DNA from: Amphiscolops sp. MND2022
Taxonomy: Eukaryota
Reading direction: 5' to 3'
Length of the DNA stretch: 64,000 nt
Assembly: GCA_964187785.1 (NCBI GenBank)
Contig: OZ076417.1
Location: forward strand, 36,394,001-36,458,000
Shown here: positions 24,945 to 37,188 of the stretch, piece by piece
Position numbering within the stretch: position 1 is the first letter of the stretch
How the letters are laid out: every line of letters begins with the position of its first letter
The notes under the pieces: generated by a model
Database searches by the model: none
What the model saw: the letters and a program-made list of their open reading frames with translations, nothing else
What the model was told of the DNA's origin: nothing
Made by a program: the position numbers and the translations under genes

Positions 24945-25117
24945 TTATTTACGCTTTTCTCACTTTGTTTTTTGTCACTGACCATACCTAACTAAGCTGT
25001 AGCTAAGCTAGGGATAAAGGACTTGCTTAAGGTCCAACAATGGTGAGTTGAGATAGATTCGAACCTGTCACCGCTCCAGTACAGGACGAATGCTCTAACC
25101 GCTACACCATGCTCCCC
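24945..25117 (-). mobile_element. tRNA-derived SINE
   Basis: GGGGAGCATGGTGTAGCGGTTAG (A box) and GGTTCGAATC (B box), no acceptor-stem pairing, CCTTAAGCAAGTCC body, A-rich tail. Confidence 0.75.
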
Positions 25118-25193
25118 GTTTTGTAGTTACGGGGTAATTGGGTCTGTAACTGGTACTTAGAAATTGAAATGTACGTTTCAATAAATGATGCAG

Positions 25194-25395
25194 TTTCTGC
25201 TGAAAGATATCGGGAATCAGTTTTTAAAAGTCGTTGCAATAGCACATGTCAAACTGCTTATGGGTTCATCGTTCTCACCGCACGCTTCGGATGTGCCGAC
25301 TGTGTACGTGCGTGCTCCTACACTTTGGAAGAGTACGCTAATGGAACTAAATGTTTGCTTTGTGACAAACTGGCCTACCAATTGGGGATCATGTT
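25194..25395 (+). pseudogene. Class C GPCR cysteine-rich-domain-like exon, apparently frameshifted near its 3' end
   Basis: SRCNSTCQ...GCADCVRAC...EEYANGTKCLLC follows nine-cysteine-domain spacing. WPTN continues in another frame. Confidence 0.5.
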
Positions 25396-25728
25396 AACTT
25401 AATTTTACCATAGGAATTTCCACAGAACATTTGGAATTCAATTGATAGTTTTGCAATTTTGTTGGATAAAACCTTTTGTTAAGACTGCTGGAACTTTTCA
25501 AATGATCCAGTCTTGAATGCAGACAACTTTTTAGGAGTCGGAAAAAAAATTCGACTACTTATGCCCTCGTACCTTTTTCCTCCCGACCTTTCGATAAAAA
25601 TTTCAAATTTCTCTAGAACTGTCCGAACTAGTTTCATAAAATTTAGCACGGTCATTCCGGGTCCAAAGGTGCTCCTGCCTGCGATCACATAAAAATCGTA
25701 TGGCTAAGATCTGAGAAAAATAGCTAAA

Positions 25729-26267
25729 TGTCGTAAGCTTGGTTTGTGAGGTCGTCATTAAGACGATTTCGGATTAGCTCACTTCTAGAATTGCACCTGA
25801 TTTTGTCATTTTGGCAATCTTCGGCATCATATTCCGGTCTCCCGGCCGGAACGTTCCATCCCTTTTGTGTCGTTTGTCCCGATCCGGCCTTAAAGTCATT
25901 CTGGATATGAAGCAATAATTTGAATCTGAACACAGACACTATTCATCATCTCATCCATTTCTCTTGAGATCCTCAAGTTAAGTTCACCTGATAATGTATT
26001 AGACTCAGCGCTAGAACTCGCACCAGTGGAATTCTGACGGTCGATACTATTGCCAGATTTGTCGTCTCTATAAGTCGAATGTGGACTTTCCTCATTACCA
26101 GAGGGATTAGAACGTCCACTTTCAGGTCTTCTAGCGAGGATACTGTCCCCACCTTCCTCTCTATCAGAATGATATCTACCTAGCATCATATCTACGTTTT
26201 CAATGTCTGACATTATTTCAAGTCCTCTAGATTTTCTTGCTTTCTTTTGTTTTTTAGTTGTAGGCAT
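25729..26267 (-). pseudogene. gag: Gag N-terminal segment carried inside the solo LTR
   Basis: MPTTKKQKKARKSRGLEIMSDIENVDMMLG...ISREMDEMM, a frameshift near 25925, then AGSGQTTQKGW...QAYD to the LTR end. Confidence 0.85.
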
Positions 26268-27441
26268 CAAGAATATCCGATTGTAAATAACTGAATTGGT
26301 TTAATCGGAAAGGTAATATTCGATCAGTTTGAACTACAAAACGGTTGTTCTACAAAACTACAAAACTACAAAACTACAAAACTGTTTTGTTTGAACTACA
26401 AAACTACAAAATTGTGTTCTCCCTTTGAGAATTGCTGATATATATAATCCCATAGGTATGGCATTTACATTCCTAACCATCAACTTTCACGGTCACATTC
26501 CTAGGAAGGAATTTAAACATCAACAAATAGATATATCAAAGCATCAGTCGGAACAAAGCATATAGGGTACAAAGCGTCTAACATTCTTGGGTAAGGTATC
26601 ATATTATTACTAATCCCTCATGTTACTATCGCTGAAGTGGAAACATAATTAAAATATGTCACTGCACGCTCTTTGGGGAGGCACAAAAGTAGAACAATTT
26701 CCATGCACTTAATAATTATTAAATAGGCCTAATTAGACCATCATACACACTCTTGTATTTCAATCAAAAACCGGTTTAGGTCCGGAGACTAGCATTTACT
26801 ACCAACAAATACATCAACGATCAACACTTCAAAGCATTAACATTATTCTTTTCCATCTTGTAGTGGTTATTATACTATGAAAATATGTATCAATTACCTA
26901 TTGTACCAAACAATAACATCTCAAATACACGTCACTTTAATTGGCCGGAACCGGCCACTTGCCCAAATAACGTAAGCGTATTAATAGCATTTAGTCGAAC
27001 GGCCGTAACCGGCAAATAATCAGACTGCACCACAACAATAAAGGCTTGTGATTTGTTAAAATGCACTAGTAAGCGACATTGCCGTAAAGGTACGGAAACC
27101 CATTTGAACTCGTTTCCTTTACTGTAGTAACGTCGTATACAGCTTTCTCAATCTTTTGATTCAATATATACTTCCAGCAATTCTAACAATTTGGCAACTC
27201 GATTTGGATAACCCAAATCCTAATTTGACAGACTAATTCTAATATGCGTATATAGACTAACATTGGCTTACAAAATAGTAATGCTTGAAACTAAATGTGA
27301 ATGAAAGCAACGTCATAGTGAAAAGTTTAGCTGATAAGGCAAGAGTTTTAGTTTAATAAATTGGGAGAGTACCCGACACTACCTCTTGTACAATTGATGT
27401 CGTTGTGATCCTTGTGCCGTCACAGGCGGCAGTCTGCGACA
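25729..27441 (-). mobile_element. Solo LTR (1713 bp), element A group
   Basis: TGTCGCAGACTGCC...CTTACGACA with perfect TSD CTAAA (25724-25728 and 27442-27446). Confidence 0.92.
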
Positions 27442-28059
27442 CTAAATTTGTCCAAAATGACGAAAATTTTCTGGAATTTTTTTGATTTCCTCAAAAACAA
27501 ACTTTCCGTACGATTTGAACGAAATTTTTACAGTCATTCGACACCACTTAGAGTCCTATGTGTGAAATGAAATCAAAATTTTTGAGATCTGAGAACCGTA
27601 GAAACTTAGGGCTAAAACCGTGAAGAGCATCCTGCGACAATAAAGTACGTATTTTTTTTTCAATATTTGAATCCGTCCCCGACTCCTTTACCGCACATGC
27701 AGCTCTGGTTTACAATACCTCAAAAATGAGCTGACATCATCTTCAGCGTGCTGTTGGAGCAGCGGTGGTAACAGGAGCAGTTGACAAGGAAAAATGTGAA
27801 CATCTCGTGATCGTGTCGGTAACTGGGTGGCAAAAACTTCTGACAATCGCAACCATGTAAAAATTTCGAATTTTTTAAATCAGGGCAACCGAATATGTGA
27901 AAAGTTCAAGCAGTTCCAGCAAAGAATAGTCAAAATGAAACATGTATTCTGCTCAAGTCTTAGACCACACAAGGATTGTCGACCGGAAACGAAAAGCTTT
28001 ACATTCAGTACTTACCTGTAATTTTTCTATTTGTCAATAATCTCATGATCCCTGTACAG

Positions 28060-29857
28060 ACGGAGTTGAGGGTTGCACAGAAAGACTGCATGGCAAATTC
28101 ACGAATGAGTGGACCCTAATTGTAGGACTATTTATGGCAATTTTGGCCATTATTGTTGCTCTGTCTCTGTCATCCTTACTCGTTGTGAATGCTTCCACTC
28201 CTATTGTAAAGGCATCTTCACTTCCAATTACAAGAATGTATATGTTTGGTTAGTATGGTTTGTTTTTTATTAAACGAAATTTGTAATGGAAATTTGTGGA
28301 AATTTGTTCAAACGCTGAATTAACTTGGCAAAACGAGATTACTGAAAAACAAACATGCTTTAATATCAATAGGTTGGTATTGTATTCTCGGTAAAAACCA
28401 AGATGCATATGAAGAGACTTTTCCAAGAGACATATAACTGAACACATCGAATCAAGCAGTATATGTTGAAGTTTGTTGATCAACAACGTTTTTTCTTTAG
28501 CGGTGACTTCCAAAGGCCGATGATGTAACAATTTGAACCTCAAGCGCTTCGTTTGCCAGTGGGTTCTCTATACCAGTAACTGTACCATATTAGGTCATTA
28601 TACAACACTTGATGTTGTTTTGTTTCAACAACATTTTCAGAATGCATTTTTTAAGCACAAAGAGTTTTCAAAATCTTTGAAAAAAGTTTTCTGAGACAAA
28701 AGAGTCTCAAAGATTGACCAAAACTACACTTTATGTAAGATTAGTTCGGAAAATAAATGCAGACTATAAAAATGTATCTATTTGTTTTTGGATTTTCGGG
28801 ATTTAAACTTTTCGTTTTTGAACGTTTCTGTGCAAAATCTTGAGAACCACTCTTCGTAGAAAAACACCAGGGCCAATTTCTATGTTTGATGCGTTTCATT
28901 CATTTTTCACGTAAACGTTTTTTGAAAGAATCTTCTTTGCAAGAGTCAACCACCTGGGGAAATAGTCACAAATTGAGACTACGGTCAAATAAAAGTTCGT
29001 TCACTTATTGCTATGGCAAATCCTCAGCGATTTCTGACTGTTATTTGTAAGAGAGTGTTTTGAAAAAGAATAAGACAGTGAACAAAGTCAACCTTCAAGA
29101 CTTTGTACGTGGAGTATTTGTATATTCAACAAAATAATTGGATTCTGGTTCCGGAGATTCCGAAGGAGAGAAAAATTCCAGAAAGTGACATGAATTATGT
29201 ATTTTTAAATTTAATTTCCAACTGAAACAAAATGTTTCGTAACTGTGCATTCAAGTTTTGACAAATGAGAAAGTGGAGACCTTATCAGACCGTCCACGAA
29301 TTTTGCAAGAACTTGCAAGTTTTGAAAAGATGACTGCGGGAAGAGACTTTAGCAACCCTAGTTGAAACTGCTTGAACTTTTTGCATGTACTTTATTGTTA
29401 CCAGCAACTTTTATTATGATTTTGTAATTTGAGAAGCGGTGATCACATCAGATGAGTAGTTGGGAAAACAAAGTATGAATACAAACTGATCGTGTCGGTA
29501 ATGTAGTGGAATTCATTTTCAAATTTAATTGCAGGAGTGAAAAATGCAGAGTGATTGTACATGATTTACCATCCGAAGTTCGCTGAATTTTCTAGATTTT
29601 ATAAAAAATTACCCTGCATGCAGGCCTGCAGCATGTAAAAAGTTCCTGCAGTTTCAATTAGGGAACGTCATCGAACTGGTACATTGATAACATAATACTG
29701 GTTTCAGGTTTGATCGTGTCCTGCCTGCGCATTTACGTATTTTGCATAGGAGTATCGGATTTCCTCTGCAAATTTCGGAGAATTTTGAGTGGAATTGGAT
29801 TCATCTCTCGCTATATGGCCTTGACATTGTACGTCGCCCGTCTGCGACTCATGACAG
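28060..29857 (+). CDS. Class C (metabotropic-glutamate-like) GPCR, TM1-TM3 exons
   Basis: Exons 28060-28248 and 29708-29857 splice in frame (phase 1) to ...EWTLIVGLFMAILAII...NASTPIVKASSLPITRMYMFGLIVSC...FLCKFRRILSGIGF. The TPIVKAS loop and TM3 Cys are class C signatures. A possible TM7-like stretch lies at 30735-30974. Confidence 0.75.
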
Positions 29858-31155
29858 GTACTGAAAGGATCGGATTGGAAAAGTTTCGGAAATAAGATTC
29901 TGAAATAATGTGACTCTCTAAAATTTAATATTAGGTTAAAAGATGAAAAATGCAATTCTATTGTCCGGGCTACTATAGGAGTAAGAATAAAGTCACAAAG
30001 AACAGACAACACAAAATGATATTAAAATATATATGACTAATCTTTACTGCAACGGTATTGATATACCTATTGGAATATATATTTTAAAGAAATTTTGTAA
30101 ACTGCTTGGAAGTTTTTTCGAAGTGAAAGGATATACTTTAAGCATTTTAGAAACTGCTTGGAATTTTACAAAATTTCTCCATGAATTTTCCATGTTTTAT
30201 GAAAAATTAGCCTACATACATGAATGCAGCATGGAAAACTTGTCGGCAGATTCGACTGGGGAAACTTTTTGAGTATACTTAAACAAACAGAGTTTGTGGG
30301 TCAAATGTACGAAAGTTCTTTGAAATCATGTTTTCCCCTGTTTTCAAAGTATTTCGGCCATTTATTCAGACTCTCTTGGACGAAATACGAAAGTTGCCAA
30401 GAGAAGGGTAAATATTCCGAACGAAAATGGGAGATTTTGGCGTAGGATGTTTTAGTTTAGGAGAAATTGACTTCGGAGTTTTTAACCTAGGAGATTTGAT
30501 TTGGAAGATTTTGATATGACACAAGAAAAGAGCCGCTAAAAAGGATTTAGGCGCCTCCGAGATGCAAAACTACTGCTCCTGTAAGAAAACCACTTTTCAT
30601 CAATTTGGTCTAAATTTACAGATTTCATATCAATTGATGGCAACTTTAAAGAACATATAAAAAGTTCAAGCAAAACAAGTTCAAGTAAAACAAGGAATTG
30701 ATGTTTTCGACATAATTGAAGCAAATCCGATACTTTGCCAGGCAGCTATTCCTCAAGGAGTCGAGATTACAGTTTAATCATGCGAACTGCTTCGAAGTTC
30801 TTCGATGCTTTGGGTCATGCAAGGGCCTTTAAAATTGTCTCTATAGTGGGTTACTCGGTACAAGCAATTACCACTGGAGCGCTCGTTATCTTCCTTCCGG
30901 GTTCGCAAATAAACTGGATTTTACAATTGAAAATGGCACAAAAATTGCCCATTTGTATACACAAAAAGCTCTAATGGCAAACAATGAGGCAAAAAATGAC
31001 GAGAAAACCGACATGATGATTTTGGAATTCATGATCTTCTTTGAAGTTGTTTTTCAGGAGAGTTATCAATTGAAAAAAAACAATGCGTCCCACGAATAGT
31101 TCTCGGACACTTGCTTTTACGCAATTTGCATCTGACAGCAAAACGTACTAATCTA

Positions 31156-31730
31156 CAGTACTGTGATTAAGAAATTAACCCCCTGGCGATTTTGGACTCA
31201 TTTTTCAAAATCGGTTGGTTGACAATTGTAAAAACATTGAAGTAAAAAGTTTCTCAGAATTTCATCAAGTTAACGTTGATAATTTTAAAAACTTTCTGAC
31301 ACAAAAATGGCGAATGTTTCAAATAGCTGATTTTGAGCAAAACTGGGTCTTTTACCGTTTTCTCAATTTTTGTCAGTTTTATCTGCAGCTTTATTAGCAA
31401 GTTTTCTTTACTCGATTACTCCCCTAAATCTACTGAAGCCATGGATATAGTTTGATTTCACAAATGACCAACCGTTCATCAATCATCCAAAAGGTAAAAA
31501 ATTTTGTCAATTTAAATGTAACAGGATAGAACATTAATATTTCGCGATTATTTTTTCACCTAGAATGTTTCTGAAACAAACAATAGATCATTGAAATGTA
31601 TACAATGTACGAAATCCGATGAAATTAAAATGTTCTGGAAAAATTTCAAAAACCTGTTCAAAACTGGGAAAATAACAAGTGTTCTTTCTGCGGCTGAGAT
31701 TTCTCTTGATGCGCCAATCAAAATTTGCTA
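31156..31730. mobile_element. Partial second copy of the Tc1-like MITE
   Basis: TA|CAGTACTGTGATTAAGAAA start and colinear similarity to 11930-12320. The right TIR was not found before the hAT insertion. Confidence 0.65.
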
Positions 31731-31771
31731 CTGATTGATTATTGCTACAGAGTAGCAATGACACTCCAGTG

Positions 31772-32798
31772 TAGGAAGAATTATTTTCGGCATTTTTTCT
31801 TCGTTTTCGGCGCCGAAAATCGGCATTTTGAGCTAGTTTTCGGCACTTTTTCCGGCACTGCTAGAATGCCAAAGAAAACACAAATTTATTGTTCAATAAC
31901 ATTAATTAAACAACAACTAACGTCTATAATGTTGAAATATACTTATGAACAACATTTTCTTGAGAGTTTGTTCAAGTATATTCGGTCTGTCGGACACGAA
32001 AGCGTTGAGCACGGAGAAAAATCGCTCCACATCCACTGTTGTGCATGGTGCGAATGCGAAAACTCCTATGTCGGCGGGCTCAGAAATGGATTCCCCGTTC
32101 GCAAAACGGGCAACTCTCCGTAAACCTTCATTTTTCTCCAAAACTGCGTCCAATTTTGCCAGAGCAACATCGGCAATTGTATTTCCTGTTTCTTTCGGTT
32201 AAAATTGTCCTCAACCTGTGAGCCACTTGGTACTAGAATTGATTGGCGCGGCTTTTTGAGCAATAAAGCTTCAGAATGATTTTTTCCCTCCAAATGGTCA
32301 GGAACGTGATTAGTCTTATTGCAAGTAAAACTCTTGTTACACACACTGCAAAATACCTTTGCGCCAGATCGAATTTTCAGACATTTGGCGTCTAAAACTT
32401 GGTGTCTGATTGTTTCCTCTTTGCTTTTCTGTGCCGGCATTTATTTAAGCAAGGGGATTGAAAACGGGCAGGCACCGACAAGCTCGTGTAACGTGAATCA
32501 TGAAATCTGTTCACGTGAAATTTGTTCACGTGTTTGGTGTAGCTGAAGCGTGTGAATGAACGCAGTAAGTATAGACTGAACGATGCGCGTGGTGTGACGA
32601 ACGCTGCAATTTGCAAACAGCCAATAGAATTTGAGAAATTTTGTACCTAGATAGAATGACTGCTGACTTACGGAAAGAGGTCTGAATACATGCTGCGAGA
32701 ACAGAAATCACTCTGAATTGTTGCTCATTTTCGGCACTTTTTGTACTGATTTCGGCACTTTCGGCACTTTTCGGCAGTGCCGAAAATAATTCTTCCTA
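31772..32798 (-). mobile_element. Non-autonomous hAT transposon (internal deletion derivative, 1027 bp)
   Basis: 21-bp TIR TAGGAAGAATTATTTTCGGCA, perfect 8-bp TSD CTCCAGTG (31764-31771 and 32799-32806), subterminal TTCGGCAC repeats. Confidence 0.93.
31917..32440 (-). pseudogene. hAT transposase remnant: N-terminal zinc finger joined to C-terminal dimerisation segment
   Basis: FCSVCNKSF...DHLEGKNH (C2H2/BED-like) and APCTTVDVERFFS in different frames. The catalytic core is deleted near 32200. Confidence 0.85.
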
Positions 32799-33485
32799 CT
32801 CCAGTGTAATTGCTTACACTGTAAGAAATATCAGCTGATTCGATTTTTCATCGAGTCACTTTGTATAATATTTAATTAGTTGAAAAATCGAAAAGGCTGA
32901 TATTTACTAAGTAAAGATATTTATTAGTAAGACTATTAGTAGATTAGTAAGATTTAAAGTAAGCTTTTAAAGTAAGTATTTTTAAGTTTTTAAAGTAAGC
33001 TTTTAAAGTATTAAAGTAAGTAAGATTTAATTTACAGAGTAAACAATGGCCGCATTAGCTGAGAGTAATCAAAATTACCTAAAACCAAGTATGGTGAAAA
33101 ATACCGCAAAAGTTCCGCTAGTAACAGCTTTTTATAATCACAATTTTCCCGCAATCCTCATTTACAGAATTGCATTTAAAGAAACAATTTGGAGTTTGTT
33201 CAAATTTACTCTTTCGCAAATTCTAAAAGTTTCATTGAGCAAAGAAATTCGGTAAAGAAAACTAGCGAAAGTTTGTGTAGAAATTTGAGGTAAAAAGTTG
33301 TCATTAAGTGAACATTTCACTGAAAAGTCAACGAATAGCATTCAACTTTTTCTTATCGTCGATTATACGCAAACGTCACGAGCTTATGCAAATCCAATAT
33401 TTCACGGAAATGTCACAATTTTACACGCTGCAAATTTTCGCCTTTGCTAGTTAAAACTCAAAGTTTTCAAAATTGTCAAGTCCGG

Positions 33486-34500
33486 CCCGGGTGGGAAACC
33501 AATCGGAGTCCACCGGTGGCCACCGATGGTCCACCGGAATCCCACCTGTGGACCACTGAGGTGGCATCCACAGCTTTTGCGGTGGCCACCGGTGGTCACC
33601 GAAAGTTCCATCGGTTGTCACCGGTGGAAATTTGTAAATACACCACTGGCCACCGATGGCTCCACCGGTAGTAAATCAGTATCAATCCCAAGTTGGTATC
33701 CTTCCAGTGTGATTTTGGAACTAATTCCATCAAAACGCAGTGGTTTTAGATCTTACTCTATAAAAAAACAATTTGGAGCCTTATTCCACTGAAATAGAGT
33801 GCTTTAAGGCCTCATTCTATAAAAATACAGAGTTTTTAGATAATCTATCAGAAATACGATTTTCGGCCCTATTTAGGCAAAATACAGTGATTTCAGATCC
33901 TACTCTATCAGAAAAACAATATGGGCCTTATTCCACCGAATCACAGTAATTTTAGGCCTTATTCCATGAAAATATATCGTTTTTAGATCTTATTTCATGA
34001 AAATATAGTGGTTCTAGTTAATCTATCAGAAATACGATTGTCGGCCCTATTTCAGCAAAATACAGTGATTTAGTAGAATAATTTAACTCGTATTCTTCAG
34101 ACTTTATTCTAACCCCCCTCATCACGACCATGTTCATCTAAAATTCATAACAATCTAACCCAAAATTCGTAACATCCTACCTACAAGCGGCTTCAGGAAA
34201 CGCGGTGCCGAAAAGCGTCCTTATTGCTACCCGGGTCATTGAGGCAACCCTCTGAAAAAACCAATAATTAATCAAAACCAAAAAAAAATACGCACTTCAA
34301 CTAAAAAATAATGACAGGCAAAATTTTACTGGCAAGCATGCTCGAGCGCGTGATTTGAATTTTTTAAATCCGTTTTTAGAATTTTTGAAACATTTTCTAC
34401 CGGTGTCAATGAAGTGGTCACCGGTGGAAACTTATTGACAGCCATAAAATGTCTCCATTGGTGGCCACCGGTAGTTTGCGGTGGGGTGCCACTACAGGGG
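33486..34500. mobile_element. Putative non-autonomous TIR element with palindromic CACCGGTG subterminal arrays and internal ~30-bp degenerate tandem repeats
   Basis: ACCGGTGGCCACC.ATGG occurs in opposite orientation at the two ends. A 53-bp direct repeat occurs at ~33841 and ~34020. No TSD found. Confidence 0.45.
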
Positions 34501-35565
34501 CGTGTTACCACAAAACAATTCAAGCGTTGAAATTCTCTCTCATTCTTCATTTTCTCTCATCCACAATAGCCAAAATTAGTAGCTAACTGTTTAGAAGCAA
34601 CGGTACTGCACTGTAAAAACAACTACGAGAAAGTGCGTGTCATTCTGCATAGAAAACCCATGAGAACAAAACTACGTAAAAATCTCAGTGAGGACCACAT
34701 GAAAAAACCTGAGGTTTTTAAACACAATACACGAATTCGTGATGCTTTTGTGTCCCTATGCTTCAAGTGAAATAGCAGTTGAACTGGGAGCAATTTTTTA
34801 CCATTCGAACGTTTTCCTATTCGGCATTTTTTAACTTTTATGACGCAAATTGAAAGAAACTTCACAAAAAACGGACATATAGAGGTAGATTAAGATCTAA
34901 CAGGAGCTGACTGACAGCATTCATCGTTTTCTTGACACGAATTTCTCGACTTAGTGAAAATTATCCAATACTCACAAAACTGAAAAATTTGAAGCCTTCA
35001 AAAGTCTTTTGCTTCAGAATTGTATCACAGTGGCTTGGAAGCAAGAAAGGACCCTTTAGTGAATGCTTTATTCACTTAATCTCATTTGACGGTAAGCCTC
35101 AGTGAGTTTCATTTTCCAAATCCCACTTTGTGTTTTTCTTTTGTTTTTGAAACTTGGTATTAAGTTTATTAGTACAGGACTATGTAAGAACATACATTAA
35201 ACAATGACTGTCGTCTCCAGTGGGCTCTAAAAGTCTATTGGAACAAAAGTCGACTCTTTTCATTAAACAAAAAGCGCCGAAAATATACAAGTGATGTTTT
35301 TAGTCGCTTTTTGAAATACACTAATGTGCCCCACTCCTGCGTTACTCCTCTGGAGACAAAACTTCCTGCTCCATTCCTGCCAAATAAGCGTGACGTCTTC
35401 TTTGTCGTACCAAGTAGTTTTGCGGTACCAAGTAGCGACGTAATGTTGATTCCAAATATGTTAAGACACCAGTTTCTTTGATCAGCTCGTAGCTACATTC
35501 ACAAGCCACACAGTCTCCATACTCTGCGGCATTTGGTTTGCCTGCAACTGGTAGCTATTCTAACA

Positions 35566-35970
35566 CTAATCCCTTGAAAATGGGAGTTTATTGGGACGAA
35601 TAGTCCAACTGATTTGGTCCCGCATTGTCGTAGTGGCCATAACTAGGTCCTTGTTCACTAACGGGGGTGATAAGGGGGAGTCCATTGATGGTGTTAACGG
35701 CGCACAACGATTGATTGAACACTTTTGTGCAAGTCCATGTCCGTGTGGGCCAACCTGTATCTGCAGCGGGTTCGGTTCGGGCTCATTCGAGCCTAGGTCG
35801 TCCTTAAACTCTTCCCAATGAAATTCTGGGTGTCCGCTCTCAAGACAATCCGATAAGTCAGTTGTCATCTGATATCCCGCTATCGCGCCTTGTTGACCAA
35901 CGGGCACTTTACGGTAACAGGCAATTACCCCGATGTCACTGTCATTGCAGGCTTGTTGCGAACCAACCAC
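35566..35970 (-). CDS. Candidate terminal exon of a host gene
   Basis: GC-richer open frame of about 135 codons ending in TAG, with a possible CCTTCTCAG acceptor. No recognisable domain. Confidence 0.3.
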   Translation of the reverse strand: MVGSQQACNDSDIGVIACYRKVPVGQQGAIAGYQMTTDLSDCLESGHPEFHWEEFKDDLGSNEPEPNPLQIQVGPHGHGLAQKCSINRCAPLTPSMDSPLSPPLVNKDLVMATTTMRDQISWTIRPNKLPFSRD

Positions 35971-36636
35971 TGAGAAGGAATCCACTTCCTTTTGTTAGTC
36001 TGATGAGAAGTAGCACGGAATAAGGACGCGTTGAGGTCATCAAGTGTGAATTGGAAATCCAATTCGCTGTAGAATCGGTGTACGAAAAGTTTTTCAGCAA
36101 ATTTTACTCTGACTTGACGGTAACTATTCCTTATTTTGAAGTTTGTCTGAATGATTAGCTCTCGCTCTGTCGATTTCGGGCCTTCGTTATGTTTGCGGGA
36201 AAAGTTTGGCGGTGAAACAGACCCACGATGTTCAACAGCGTTAAATTTTGCATTATCTCGGGAAACAAATTGTCGCAATCTTGGTCACTTGTGTGAGAGT
36301 CTACTGAACTTTTCTCGATTATGCGACCTTGGTTACTAAGTTTAAAACCTTTTTAGGTCAGTTTTCCTGTGTTTTGCTAGCAATTTTTGCGTTGGTGCTC
36401 CTGTTTAGCTCAGTAGACCGACAGTCCACTACCTTGTTATTTCCTCTACACCAATCACCAAATGTCAAAAGTAGTTTAAATAGAAGGAGGACCTGTTCTG
36501 CTATCGCGAAGTTTTTCGCAGCAAGTGTTTGAGAATTTTAGTCAGTTTGGTTTCCAAAAAATTCCTAGCAACTTGGCAACTTCATTAATCATCCAAGGTG
36601 GCTCAACAGTTGTATCACTGTTTTCTCTACCATTCG

Positions 36637-37188
36637 TTTTTAGTCGGCGCATTTTAGTAGAAAATGTGCCCGACTATTATAGTGGGTAGTTTTTTTTAGA
36701 CACGTAAGGTCCACTTTTTTGCTCATTTGTTCAACAACCTCAAACCTCAACAACTTCAAACCTCAACAACTCCAACCTCAGAAGCGCGTCCAAAACGAAA
36801 AGAAAAAACAAAACAGACGTCCACAACCTCGCGAAAACACACTAAAGATCCCACCTTGGCCCCACTTTTTTTCGGAACTATGCGACTTTTTTTTGAAGTT
36901 TTTTGGATTGCATCAGAGGGTCCCCCTTCATTTGTTTCGATATTTTGCAACACAATGGATGTCAAAAAATTACAAAGGGTCCCCCCTTTTACATTTTTTC
37001 GGCACTGTGACACTGTTCAAAAATCTCATCAAAATTTTTTTTGGGCAATTTTTTCATGTCTCCAAAGGGTCCCCCCTTCAATTTTTAAAATTTTTTGCAA
37101 CCAGCTGGAGTTTCACAAAGCCCGAAGGGTCCCCTTTTAAATTTTGAGCCTTAGATATGGCGCCGACTTTGGCCGTTCTCGGCTTGTT
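36637..37188 (+). mobile_element. Helentron/DINE-like non-autonomous repeat
   Basis: Subterminal inverted repeat AGTCGGCGC (36642) / GCGCCGACT (37160), 3' hairpin GCCG-TTCT-CGGC followed by TTGTT, internal AAGGGTCCCCC tandem units. Confidence 0.6.

Noticed and set aside
25040-25117. Functional tRNA gene
   Set aside because: A and B boxes are present, but the acceptor and T stems do not pair and the sequence continues into a SINE body with an A-rich tail.
32920-33030. TAAG/AAAGT-rich run as a telomere-like or functional repeat
   Set aside because: Short, irregular low-complexity sequence without a fixed unit.
33700-34075. CRISPR-like array
   Set aside because: Units are degenerate and contiguous, with no unique spacers and no cas genes, in a eukaryotic context.
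36719-37147. Overlapping 137-142-aa ORFs
   Set aside because: They are produced by the tandem subrepeats of the Helentron/DINE-like element and have low-complexity F/K/P content.
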